Of a DNA stretch of 64,000 nt, positions 10,213 to 19,941 are shown piece after piece. Origin of the DNA: Clostridia bacterium. Lineage in GTDB: Bacteria > Bacillota > Clostridia > DUPQ01. The first letter of the stretch is position 1. Every line of letters begins with the position of its first letter. The notes under the pieces were generated by a model, which saw only the letters and a list, made by a program, of their open reading frames with translations, ran no database searches and was not told the origin of the DNA. The stretch is taken from NCBI GenBank assembly GCA_016935835.1, contig JAFGQE010000158.1, positions 2,256-66,255 of the forward strand. Reading direction: 5' to 3'. Made by a program: the position numbers and the translations under genes.

Positions 10213-11414
10213 CCTATACCCCCTGTGCAGGGGAAATTTAATCCCTTCGATTCCCCGATGTCCGACACATCCAGCAGGTACACGTGGTTTGTACGGGTTT
10301 TTGGACATCCCCCGGTGAAAATGATGTAATCCCTTCCCGGCGTCATCCTTGGATGAAAATGCGATTTCTGTGACTTTTCAATGTAAGACGGGCGGTTTGC
10401 CAGCAGCGGTTTCAAATTGGCGCCGCCGCCTTGGAAAGATTCCACATAATGCATATCGTGATTGATTGTCCCGGTTTCGTCATAGTTCATGTTTTCATAA
10501 AAGAACAGTTTTCCCTCAGGGTCGTTTCCGGTGTGAACATATCCAAATGATCGCGGCAGCCCGAATTCCTTCCTTTCATGTGTAAACGGATTCAGAATCC
10601 CTGCGACTATATCGGAATGTCCAAGATAGGCTTCGTATGTTATCCCCCGCAATGTGGCCGCGCAGTGGCACGGCATGCGTCCGTGTGTGTCCTTGCTCCT
10701 GAGATTGGTGTACCATCCCCCTTCGAAGGGGACGAAAAGCATGCCGTTTTCATTGACAGGATGGTTCACGACAAAATGCCTGTTCCCATATGGGAAAACA
10801 TGATGGACAGGACTGTTTATCCTCAATATTTCCCTGGACTCGCCGGAGTCAAGCCCATATGCAGTTATGATTGTCTCGAATGACGAAGCCCTGGCTTTGT
10901 AATAAGCCGGCCAGTTTGTATCCCTGGTCATCTCGAGATATGTTTTTTTGTCATGGTGTATATATACAAACCATTTTCCGTCCGGCGTGATGCAGTTCTG
11001 CCCCATTGCAAGCCGGTCGTCGTCAAGCGAAAACAATATCCTGGGGTCAGCTTCATCAACCGGTGTTGCCTTGGCAAGGTTTCCATCGAAATAAACGACC
11101 CGCCGATTGGCTGCGTCAAGCGCGCTCCTGTGGTCGAGGACTCCCGGGGGCGTCGGGGAGCACCAGGGGACCCAGCGGGTATCCGGATGAGCGGCATCGG
11201 TTATTCTCGTTGATTTTCCCGTGGCAAGTTCCAAGGAATAAAGTTGAAGGCCCCCGGCGTCCATTCTATGGAATACAAGATACTTTTCATCCTCTGTGAC
11301 GGATGGTATGAAGTAATAAAGCGGATAGCAAAAGGCATCCCCATAAGTCAGCTGGATTATTCTTCTGCCTGTCAGCGAATCCGTTTCGGTTTTATACCCG
11401 TCCCATAAAATCAT
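10209..11414 (-). CDS. oligogalacturonide lyase-like beta-propeller protein
   Basis: 401 aa. The N-terminal pattern (TG..I.QLT...C...YF...LVF...G..QLY.L.L.TG....ITD) resembles the Ogl / Pectate_lyase22 family. Confidence 0.45.
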   Translation of the reverse strand: MILWDGYKTETDSLTGRRIIQLTYGDAFCYPLYYFIPSVTEDEKYLVFHRMDAGGLQLYSLELATGKSTRITDAAHPDTRWVPWCSPTPPGVLDHRSALDAANRRVVYFDGNLAKATPVDEADPRILFSLDDDRLAMGQNCITPDGKWFVYIHHDKKTYLEMTRDTNWPAYYKARASSFETIITAYGLDSGESREILRINSPVHHVFPYGNRHFVVNHPVNENGMLFVPFEGGWYTNLRSKDTHGRMPCHCAATLRGITYEAYLGHSDIVAGILNPFTHERKEFGLPRSFGYVHTGNDPEGKLFFYENMNYDETGTINHDMHYVESFQGGGANLKPLLANRPSYIEKSQKSHFHPRMTPGRDYIIFTGGCPKTRTNHVYLLDVSDIGESKGLNFPCTGGIG

Positions 11415-11555
11415 ATTTCGATTATATCACAGGGGATTGCGGTCCCCGGAAGGCTTCTGTGGTAAAAACGCATAGAGGAAGGGCTTCTCCATACGGTATA
11501 TAAAGTCGTCTTGCAATCTGTTATGATTTAATATATTGAATGCGGGAGGTGTACT

Positions 11556-13712
11556 ATGCCGTTTAAAAAAGCAAGGTGGATTGTCCACGGGATGTTCGCT
11601 GACAGACAGCCATTGGATATAAGGGAAAAAGGCAGGCTCAATCAGGAAAATCCGGAACACCCGGAAGAATACAGAAACAGGCATACACTTTTCAGGCTGC
11701 CATTCGATAACTCCGGGGAAAGAACGACACTAAGGTATGCCGCGGATGATATTGCAAGGATTTATATAAACGGAAGGCAAATTGACATGGGCCCCGCGCC
11801 TTCATACCACTTTGCGTTCGGTTATCTGGAAATGGATATTACCGGGTATCTTGTCCCGGGGGAAAATGTATTGGGCGGACACCTTTACTATCAGGGGGAG
11901 CTCAACAGGGTTTCGCCGGGAGGGGATTTCCGCACGGGTTTTATAGCCGAAATTGAGGCCGGGGACGAGATACTGGCCTTTACCGATGAAAATATTCCGT
12001 GCAGGCTTACTAATGCATATGGACGAGGCGAAATAATAGCATACAGGACACAGTATCTGGAAAACTTCGATGCCCGCATATGGGAATATGAATGGAATCT
12101 ACCGGGATTCGATGATTCGCACTGGGAAAAGTCATCCATAAAGGCAAACAATGACCATGTGTTTAGAAAACAGATATCAAGGCAACTTCAATTTTACGAT
12201 ATAAAGCCGGTAAACAATACCATGTTTGACCAGAATGTATTTTTATATGACATGGGCTGCGAGTATTCCGGAACGGTTTATTTTGAAGCCACGGGGAACA
12301 GCGGCGACATGATTGAGGTCAGGTGCGCGGAGGAGCTCGACGGGAGCGGCAGGGCCAGGTACGACATGAGATGCAACTGCCTTTACAGGCAAACATTCAT
12401 TCTGTCGGGAAGAAAAGACGAATACCCGGTCTTTTATGATTACATGGCTTTTCGATATATCGAAATTGTTGTTCCGCAAGGGGCCGTCATCGGGAACGTC
12501 ATGGTAAAAGCCCGGAATTATCCGTTTGATTATAATAGCACGGTTTTTGAATCCTCCAATAAAAGAATGAACGGCATATGGACAATATGCAAGAACGGGG
12601 TCCGGACCGGGACGCAGGAGGGATACCTTGATTGTCCGACAAGGGAAAAAGGCCTTTATCTGGGAGATATGACAATAACGGGCCAGAGCCATTTTTATCT
12701 TACCGGCGACCTGCCCGTCATGAAGAGGGCCCTGAGAGGCTTCGCTGACTCCTCATATTACATAAAATCGATACAGACGACTACGCTTAACCATTATATA
12801 AATTCCCTGGTTGATTATTCTTTCCAGTTTCCCCTTAACCTTCTGATTTACTACAAGCATAGCGGGGACAAGGATTTTCTGGCGGAGATGCTCCCCTACT
12901 GCGAGGACATGATGGAGTATTACCGCGGGTATGAAAGAAACGGGCTTCTTTTTGACATTACAAAGGAACTTCATCTTGTGGACTGGCCAAGGAATCCCTA
13001 TGACTTTACCGACGGATATGACTACAACCTTGAAATAGGCAAAACATACGGCACGCATAACATCGCCAATATATTCCACATACTGGGTGTTTTATCGATG
13101 AACAGCATATATAAGATACTTGGCATCGGGAATGAGGACAGGCTGCCGGAACTGAGGCAGGCTTATATCGACGCCTTTTATGACAAGGGGATGAAATTGT
13201 TCAGGGATACTCCCGGCGGCAGCCATACCGCGCTTCACTCGAACATAATGCCTCTGTACTGCGGGATGGCCCCGCCGGAAAGCATACCTGAAATAATAGG
13301 AATGATTGAAAGAAAAAGGCTGAACTGCGGAGTATACATGGCATACTTCCTGCTAAAAGGATTGATAAACAACGGAGCAGCCGGCCTTGCCTTTGACCTG
13401 ATGCTGTCAGATGATGTCTTTTCATGGGAAACCATGCTCAGGCAGGACGCCACGACCTGTTTTGAGGTGTGGCATAAAGACTATAAATGGAACACAAGCC
13501 TGTGCCATCCATGGGCAAGCTCGCCGATACCTATCCTGGTCGAGGACATTGCGGGGATTGCGCCTGTCAAACCGGGATGGAAGGAAGGATATTCAATCAA
13601 CCCATGCGGGGCGGAAAGACTTGGGGATTTCAACTTGACGATCCATGCAAACGGGTACAGGATAAATGTTTTGTCAAAAGCCGGGAGCATATCCCACCGG
13701 GCGATCGAATAG
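11556..13712 (+). CDS. six-hairpin glycoside hydrolase, GH78 alpha-L-rhamnosidase-like
   Basis: 718 aa cytoplasmic protein. The family assignment rests on overall composition and length resemblance only. Confidence 0.35.
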   Translation: MPFKKARWIVHGMFADRQPLDIREKGRLNQENPEHPEEYRNRHTLFRLPFDNSGERTTLRYAADDIARIYINGRQIDMGPAPSYHFAFGYLEMDITGYLVPGENVLGGHLYYQGELNRVSPGGDFRTGFIAEIEAGDEILAFTDENIPCRLTNAYGRGEIIAYRTQYLENFDARIWEYEWNLPGFDDSHWEKSSIKANNDHVFRKQISRQLQFYDIKPVNNTMFDQNVFLYDMGCEYSGTVYFEATGNSGDMIEVRCAEELDGSGRARYDMRCNCLYRQTFILSGRKDEYPVFYDYMAFRYIEIVVPQGAVIGNVMVKARNYPFDYNSTVFESSNKRMNGIWTICKNGVRTGTQEGYLDCPTREKGLYLGDMTITGQSHFYLTGDLPVMKRALRGFADSSYYIKSIQTTTLNHYINSLVDYSFQFPLNLLIYYKHSGDKDFLAEMLPYCEDMMEYYRGYERNGLLFDITKELHLVDWPRNPYDFTDGYDYNLEIGKTYGTHNIANIFHILGVLSMNSIYKILGIGNEDRLPELRQAYIDAFYDKGMKLFRDTPGGSHTALHSNIMPLYCGMAPPESIPEIIGMIERKRLNCGVYMAYFLLKGLINNGAAGLAFDLMLSDDVFSWETMLRQDATTCFEVWHKDYKWNTSLCHPWASSPIPILVEDIAGIAPVKPGWKEGYSINPCGAERLGDFNLTIHANGYRINVLSKAGSISHRAIE

Positions 13713-13933
13713 GTTCTCAAAGGCCTGGGGAAATAAAGCCGAAGGTATAATTGGGCAAGGCGAAACCGGAATATGATGCAACGGTTCACGACGACAAAAA
13801 AGGGGAAGGTTGATGAATCGCAGAAGTGTCAGCTAAGCGCAATGACAGGTTTGCCTCAATAGACAGTAAAATCTTATTATGATAAAATTGGCTGGGGATA
13901 TTCGTTCGATTATATAATATCCCGGGGGGTTTT

Positions 13934-15010
13934 ATGAACATTGAATCCGGCAGCATAGATTCGCTATTAAAAAAGACAATGGAGTGCGGTGCTACGGATC
14001 TTCATCTGTGCGTCGGAACCAGGCCTCTCGTAAGGGTAAACTCACGGCTGGTTCCGGCTGAAGGCACAAAGAAACTTGAGCCGGACGACATCATACAAAT
14101 TATCGGGAAGTATCTGGATGAAACCAGGAGAAAACAACTTGAAGACAACAAGGTTGTTGATTTTTCATATTCCGTGCCGGGCCTTGGAAGATTCAGATGC
14201 AACATATACAAACAACGCGGAACATTTGCGATAGCCATCAGGGCGCTTCCGATTGAAATACCTGCATTTGAAAGCCTGGGTCTTCCCGATGTTATCAAGA
14301 CATTTACTACAAAATCCAACGGACTCATACTTGTAACGGGGGCGACGGGCAGCGGTAAATCAACAACACTTGCCAGCATGCTCGACATTATCAACAGTCA
14401 GTATCATTATCACATAATCACGATTGAGGACCCGCTTGAATACCTTCACAGACATAAAAAAAGCATGGTTACCCAGCGGGAGATAGGCGAGGATGCGGAC
14501 AGTTTTGCAAAAGCCCTTAAATCATCCCTCCGGGAAGACCCCGATGTAATAATGGTAGGGGAGATGAGGGATATTGAAACCGTATCAATAGCATTGTCCG
14601 CAGCCGAAACGGGCCACTTGGTGCTGTCAACGCTCCATACGATCGGCACGGTCAAGTCGATAGACAGGATCATAGACTCATTTCCGACGAACCAGCAGAA
14701 CCAGATCAAAAGCCAGCTGGCAACCGTATTGGAAGGCGTGGTTTCACAGCAACTGATTCCAAGGAAGGACGGCAGGGGCCTGGTGGTTGCAACGGAGGTA
14801 ATGGTCGCGACCCCGGCTGTCAGGAATCTGATCAGGGAAGGTAAATATTATCAGATAAACAACCTGATCCAGTCAGGAAACGAGGAAGGCATGAGGTCGC
14901 TTGAAAGGAATCTTGCACAGCTTTGCCGGGACGGTGTGATAGATGAAAAGGTCGCCAGGCTCAAGGCGCAGGACATGCAGCTGTTTGATAGATACATATC
15001 AATGAAATAG
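13934..15010 (+). CDS. pilT: type IV pilus twitching-motility ATPase PilT
   Basis: 358 aa. Walker A GATGSGKSTTLASM, plus HIITIEDPLEY and other PilT signature boxes. Confidence 0.85.
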   Translation: MNIESGSIDSLLKKTMECGATDLHLCVGTRPLVRVNSRLVPAEGTKKLEPDDIIQIIGKYLDETRRKQLEDNKVVDFSYSVPGLGRFRCNIYKQRGTFAIAIRALPIEIPAFESLGLPDVIKTFTTKSNGLILVTGATGSGKSTTLASMLDIINSQYHYHIITIEDPLEYLHRHKKSMVTQREIGEDADSFAKALKSSLREDPDVIMVGEMRDIETVSIALSAAETGHLVLSTLHTIGTVKSIDRIIDSFPTNQQNQIKSQLATVLEGVVSQQLIPRKDGRGLVVATEVMVATPAVRNLIREGKYYQINNLIQSGNEEGMRSLERNLAQLCRDGVIDEKVARLKAQDMQLFDRYISMK

Positions 15011-15012
15011 AT

Positions 15013-16086
15013 TTGGTGCAAAGGGTGGTTTTTATGGCAAAAGGCAGGCAGTCTATACCGGACGGGGACATAGCCTTGTTCAGCAGACAGCTGTCCCTCG
15101 TGTCTGATTCAGACATATCGATGCAGCAGGGACTGGCAATAATCGGGCAGAGAAGCGGAAATGTAAAAATCAGGGAAATCAGTGCCGAAATAATCGACGG
15201 ACTCAACAATGGCAAATCGTTTTATGATTGTGTAAAGGGACACTCGCGGGAGCTTGGCGGATTTTTCATCGAAATGGCAGGCATAGGGGAAAAAAGCGGC
15301 AACATGCCCGTAATGTTGAAAAGGATTGCCGATACGCTCGACAAACAGAATGAAACCGCGGGAAAAATCAAATCCGCGATAATATATCCGCTGATATTGT
15401 CAGTGCTTATGCTGGCCGTAATAATACTGCTGATTGTATATGTGCTTCCCATGTTCAACGATATCCTTTTGTCCCTCGGAGGGGAGATGCCGGGTGTGAC
15501 CAGGATGCTGATGAACTTCGGGACGTTCATTACAAGAAACATCCTATGGATTGCATTGGCGGCGGCAACGGCGGTTCTTGTATTCCGGGTATTTATAATT
15601 ACGGAATATGGAAAAGGCAGGATTGACTGCCTGAAGCTGCATATCCCGTTCTTTCGAAGGATTACGATCGCCGGCGCCGCGGCCAGATTCGCAAGGAATC
15701 TTGCAATGCTTCTTAAAAGCGGGGTAAATCTTACCCTGGCGGTAGAGATGCTGGCGGCAATAACTGAAAATAAGTGTGTTTCGGAAAAATTAAAAAGTGC
15801 AGCCTCGGAACTGGGGGAAGGGAAACGGCCCGACCAGGTGATTGACGGGCTTGGCTTGTTCCCGATGCTTCTTGTCAAGCTTATCGCAATTGCCCACGAG
15901 ACCGGCCATATGGAGGCGACGCTGGACAAGGCCGCTGATATCATGGAAAAGGAAACGGAAGAGAGGGTATTGAACCTGACGACCGCACTTGAGCCAATTC
16001 TTATAATCATATTGTCATTATTGGTGGGTTTCATATTGATATCGGTTATATTACCGGTAACCGGAATAATGAATTCAATAGGATGA
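15013..16086 (+). CDS. pilC: type II secretion / type IV pilus platform protein (GspF/PilC family)
   Basis: 357 aa polytopic protein with duplicated GspF-type domains, immediately downstream of pilT. Confidence 0.8.
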   Translation: MVQRVVFMAKGRQSIPDGDIALFSRQLSLVSDSDISMQQGLAIIGQRSGNVKIREISAEIIDGLNNGKSFYDCVKGHSRELGGFFIEMAGIGEKSGNMPVMLKRIADTLDKQNETAGKIKSAIIYPLILSVLMLAVIILLIVYVLPMFNDILLSLGGEMPGVTRMLMNFGTFITRNILWIALAAATAVLVFRVFIITEYGKGRIDCLKLHIPFFRRITIAGAAARFARNLAMLLKSGVNLTLAVEMLAAITENKCVSEKLKSAASELGEGKRPDQVIDGLGLFPMLLVKLIAIAHETGHMEATLDKAADIMEKETEERVLNLTTALEPILIIILSLLVGFILISVILPVTGIMNSIG

Positions 16087-16090
16087 CGGC

Positions 16091-16435
16091 ATGATGTTTG
16101 AAAAAAGGAAAAAAAACAGAATCAAGGCGATTTCAAGGATTTTGCCGCTTGCGATTGTATTTGCGGTCGTTGCGGCGGTCATTGTATCGTTGCCGTCATT
16201 CGGCAGGGAAAGCGGATATATCAGGGCGGATGCAGTTGAGGACACTATCAGAAAATACGTCATTCAATGTTATGCACTGGAAGGCAGTTATCCGCCAGGC
16301 CTTGATTATCTTGCGAAAAATTACGGGCTGATTCTTGATGACGGCAGATATGTTTATTATTACGATGCCTTTGCTGCAAATATCATGCCGGACATTGAAG
16401 TCTACAGCAGAAGGGAAGAAAAAGGCGGGAAATAG
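16091..16435 (+). CDS. small membrane-anchored protein in pilus operon
   Basis: Single N-terminal TM segment; tightly spaced after pilC. Confidence 0.3.
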   Translation: MMFEKRKKNRIKAISRILPLAIVFAVVAAVIVSLPSFGRESGYIRADAVEDTIRKYVIQCYALEGSYPPGLDYLAKNYGLILDDGRYVYYYDAFAANIMPDIEVYSRREEKGGK

Positions 16436-16449
16436 AACGTCTGCCGAAG

Positions 16450-16956
16450 GTGATCTTTTTGACCGGGACTAGGATTAATAAAACGACAGAGACATTATTG
16501 GTCGTATTGCTTATACTGGCCCTTTGTTTTTCCGCAGTGGTTCTGATGGATGCGGGACGAAAGGCATATTCGAGAATACTTGAAAACAACAGCCGGCTTA
16601 CAAACGCGAGGATTGCGTTGTCTTATGTCAATATGCGGATACGTCAGAACGATTTCGGCGGCGTGATAACTTATGAAAAGAATTTTCTCAACGGTTCCGA
16701 GGTTCTTGTCATAGAGCATACAGGCATAGAGAAGGGCATGTATACCTATATATTCTATTCCGGGGGCGCCCTTTGGGAAATATATATTCCTTCAGGGGTT
16801 GACCCGGGCATGGAAGATGCCGAAAGGATAGTTGAGGTAGAGGGTTTTGCCATGGATTATCATGAAGAAGGTAATTTTTTCAGAATATCGGCGGCATACA
16901 GCCAGGATGGCAAAATAAAAACCATGGAAAGGATAATCGGTAAAAAAACCGGATAG
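16450..16956 (+). CDS. membrane-anchored protein in pilus operon, possible degenerate pseudopilin
   Basis: N-terminal hydrophobic helix with a weak resemblance to pilin N-termini and no canonical GFxxxE motif. Confidence 0.3.
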   Translation: MIFLTGTRINKTTETLLVVLLILALCFSAVVLMDAGRKAYSRILENNSRLTNARIALSYVNMRIRQNDFGGVITYEKNFLNGSEVLVIEHTGIEKGMYTYIFYSGGALWEIYIPSGVDPGMEDAERIVEVEGFAMDYHEEGNFFRISAAYSQDGKIKTMERIIGKKTG

Positions 16957-17505
16957 GTGGGAGCTTTGCCAACAACCAGAAGGAAAGGCGACAAAGGTTT
17001 TACGCTGGTCGAAATAATTATCTCCGTGGGAGTGCTCTGCCTTGTCTGCGTACTTATAATGCGCCTTTTCATTTTGTCCGGTGAAGTCAGAAACAAGGCC
17101 TATGACAAGGAGATGGCGTCGGTCAAGGCTTCAAATGCCGTGGAGGCTTTCAGGATAAGCAGGGTTCCCGGTGCAATTGGAGAAAACACAATTGACAGTG
17201 ACTCCCTGGATATTGAAAAGAACGGTGATGCAATAATCGCAAGACAATACTTCAATGGAGACTGGAACCTCCCGCAACCCGGGGAGGAACTGGTTTTTGT
17301 AGTGACGACCGTTGTTTCGCCTGTAAGAGAAGCAATTGTTACATATGGTTCAATAACAAAAAATGGATCAAATCCAAAGATAAATATCTCCGGCTTATAC
17401 AGCATAAAGTCGACGGCGGGATATATTGACACAGGGAATGAAAATGGCGGGATCCTTGCCGAATACGGTACGATGAAGAATTATGTGTTCGGGGAGGGGC
17501 CGTAA
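16957..17505 (+). CDS. type IV pilin with prepilin N-terminal cleavage/methylation domain
   Basis: KG|FTLVEIIISVGVL is a class III signal peptide with Glu at +5. Confidence 0.7.
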   Translation: MGALPTTRRKGDKGFTLVEIIISVGVLCLVCVLIMRLFILSGEVRNKAYDKEMASVKASNAVEAFRISRVPGAIGENTIDSDSLDIEKNGDAIIARQYFNGDWNLPQPGEELVFVVTTVVSPVREAIVTYGSITKNGSNPKINISGLYSIKSTAGYIDTGNENGGILAEYGTMKNYVFGEGP

Positions 17506-18227
17506 TGACAGGAAAAATGGTCCATGTCCGCTTTAATGAAAAGGGAGCATCATCCGTGCTGGTCATGCTGGTAATGATAGTACTGGTTGTATTCGGGCTT
17601 GCCGCACTGACTGCATCACTATCGGTCCTCAGGCTGGGAGAAAAGGCATATGGATGGACAAGGGAATATTATCAGCTTGATGCCATGGCGGAGGAAATGA
17701 TATATGAAATTGACAAGGTGCTTTCAGCGGCGGAAGAAACAGCTGCGCGTTATATCGAGGAAAAAGACTATATGGATTTGAAAAACGGGTTCCTTCCGGA
17801 AGACATAAGGGAATCCATATATTCTAATTATATTTATTACCTTCCCGAACAGGCAAGGGGCGAGTATCTTTCAAGGGTCTTCAAGGCTGTCTTTTACAAA
17901 GAAGCTGTGGAGGCCCTGGAAGACAGGCTTGCCGGGATTCGGGTTGTTTATAATGGGGGATATTTTGGACAAGTAATTGAAAACGAAAATTTTACCGGAA
18001 TATGGATTGAATTTGATGTCAGCGAAGACGAAGGCGAATTTGCGAAGCACATCGAGGTTGGATTGAAAATAATCGCCCCGGAATACAAGATTGTAATTGA
18101 GGGGGGGACTCCCTCGGGAGAACGGGTTGATATGAATGCCGCCAGATATGAAATAACGGGCTGGAGGGAATGGCAGAATATATTTGACTATTCAAGAAAC
18201 CTTGATTTTGCAGAACCTGAAAACTAA
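17505..18227 (+). CDS. PilX-like pilus assembly/minor pilin protein
   Basis: N-terminus KGASSVLVMLVMIVLVVFGLAALTASL matches the PilX_N pattern. Confidence 0.4.
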   Translation: MTGKMVHVRFNEKGASSVLVMLVMIVLVVFGLAALTASLSVLRLGEKAYGWTREYYQLDAMAEEMIYEIDKVLSAAEETAARYIEEKDYMDLKNGFLPEDIRESIYSNYIYYLPEQARGEYLSRVFKAVFYKEAVEALEDRLAGIRVVYNGGYFGQVIENENFTGIWIEFDVSEDEGEFAKHIEVGLKIIAPEYKIVIEGGTPSGERVDMNAARYEITGWREWQNIFDYSRNLDFAEPEN

Positions 18228-18438
18228 TCGCCTTGCCATGATGATATGCATTAAGATGTTTGTTATACGAACTTTAAATCATCGGACGGGTTTTTTCATC
18301 CGAGCTTCATGATGTTATAATAGACAGGTGCCGCCGGACAACCTGAATATGACGGCAAGCAGGAAGTGCTGAATAACAAGATGTTTTCAAGTTGTTCAGC
18401 AAGCCCCGGATGATGCATTTCAAGTCAATCGGCAAGCC

Positions 18439-19941
18439 ATGGCAAGAAAGACGCGGGTTGATATTATGAAGAACATACTGCTCATAATGACAGACCAACA
18501 GAGGTATGACACGGTTCATGGACTGGGCAACCGAAAGATCATGACGCCGGTGATTGATTCTCTTATTGATGAAGGGACCGCTTTTACAAGGGCCTATACG
18601 CCAAGTCCGGTTTGCGTGCCCGCAAGGTTTGCAACACTGACAGGCCGGTATTGCCACAACACCGGATGTGTGGAAAACGGCATGATGCCCGGAGGATTCA
18701 GGAGCATTATGGAGATTTTATCCGGTAATGGATACAGGACCTGCGGGATTGGCAAGATGCACTTCAATTTCAAGGATGGCGGGAACATGGCTACCTGGGG
18801 ATTCGATGCACGTGTTACGAGCGAGGAAATCAACGGAGCCGAAAGGGATGATTACAAAAACTATTTGGATGAAAATGGATATTCACATGTCAGGGATCCG
18901 CACGGGATAAGGAGCGAGATGTATTATATTCCACAGCCGTCGCAGCTTCCGGAAGGGCTTCACCACACATCATGGGTATGTGATAAAAGCATTGAATATA
19001 TTGAAGGAAGAGACAGGGAAAAGCCTTTTTTCCTTATGTGCGGCATCATCAAGCCACACCCGCCGTTTGAAGTTCCCGTACCCTGGAACAAGCTGTACAG
19101 AAGCCCGGACATGGATATGCCTTTTGTACCTCCCGGACATGAGGAAATGCAGACATATTGGAACAGGGTCCAGAATCGATATAAGTACAAGGGCAAGGGG
19201 AGGGACCGCGAGCTTGAAAGAATAATCAAGGCATATTATTACGGATGCATTTCTTTCATCGATTATAACCTTGGAAGAGTGTTTCAAAAGCTAAGGGACG
19301 AGGAAATATACGATGAAACGATGATTATTTTCACATCTGACCATGGGGAAATGCTCGGGGACTTCAATTGCTATGGTAAAAGAGGTTTTCTGGACCCCGC
19401 CGCCAGGGTTCCATTGATAGTCAGGCAACCCGGCATTCCCGGGGGACGGCTGGTAAACGAACCTGTTTCGCTGGTTGACATCGTTCCGACCATTCTTGGT
19501 TATGCAGGGATAAAAGACGACGGGACATTCGACGGATGCAACCTTTTCAAGGATGAAAAGAACAGGCCGGTGGTAAGCCAGTACCAGATGGACGGCAAGG
19601 CAATGTATATGATAGTGGAAGGAATGTACAAGTATTTTTATTCGGTGCCCGACAGAAAGGAATGGCTTTTTGACCTGGCGGCGGATCCGTTTGAAACGCA
19701 TAACAGGGCGGAAAACTGCCTGTATGATTCGACGACCGGCTGGATGCGCGAGAAATTGTGCCGGATCATAAAGGAAAGTATATTTTCGGATGCTGTATAC
19801 AAGAGGAGATTCAAGGATTATCCGCTTCCCAAGGATTTCATCGGCGAAGACGAGGGACTGCTGTTCCAGGACGGAAGCGGCTCTTTGCCGGATATAGCCG
19901 GCTATACCAAAAATCAAGGAGAACAAATTGGAAAGACCTAA
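18439..19941 (+). CDS. Cys-type sulfatase
   Basis: LIMTDQQR...SPVCVPARFATLTGRY is the CxPxR formylglycine motif; 500 aa sulfatase fold. Confidence 0.8.
   Translation: MARKTRVDIMKNILLIMTDQQRYDTVHGLGNRKIMTPVIDSLIDEGTAFTRAYTPSPVCVPARFATLTGRYCHNTGCVENGMMPGGFRSIMEILSGNGYRTCGIGKMHFNFKDGGNMATWGFDARVTSEEINGAERDDYKNYLDENGYSHVRDPHGIRSEMYYIPQPSQLPEGLHHTSWVCDKSIEYIEGRDREKPFFLMCGIIKPHPPFEVPVPWNKLYRSPDMDMPFVPPGHEEMQTYWNRVQNRYKYKGKGRDRELERIIKAYYYGCISFIDYNLGRVFQKLRDEEIYDETMIIFTSDHGEMLGDFNCYGKRGFLDPAARVPLIVRQPGIPGGRLVNEPVSLVDIVPTILGYAGIKDDGTFDGCNLFKDEKNRPVVSQYQMDGKAMYMIVEGMYKYFYSVPDRKEWLFDLAADPFETHNRAENCLYDSTTGWMREKLCRIIKESIFSDAVYKRRFKDYPLPKDFIGEDEGLLFQDGSGSLPDIAGYTKNQGEQIGKT

Noticed and set aside
15222-16034. 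A 270-aa minus-strand ORF inside pilC, and similar long antisense ORFs (19838..21169, 8762..9574, 53914..54384, 12243..12692)
   Set aside because: They are embedded antisense in strongly supported genes and have low-complexity or odd composition, so they are shadow ORFs.
18270-18300. A hairpin with a T-run after the pilus operon as an intrinsic terminator
   Set aside because: Only a 5-bp stem (TCGGA/TCCGA) with a 12-nt loop, so it is too weak to call.
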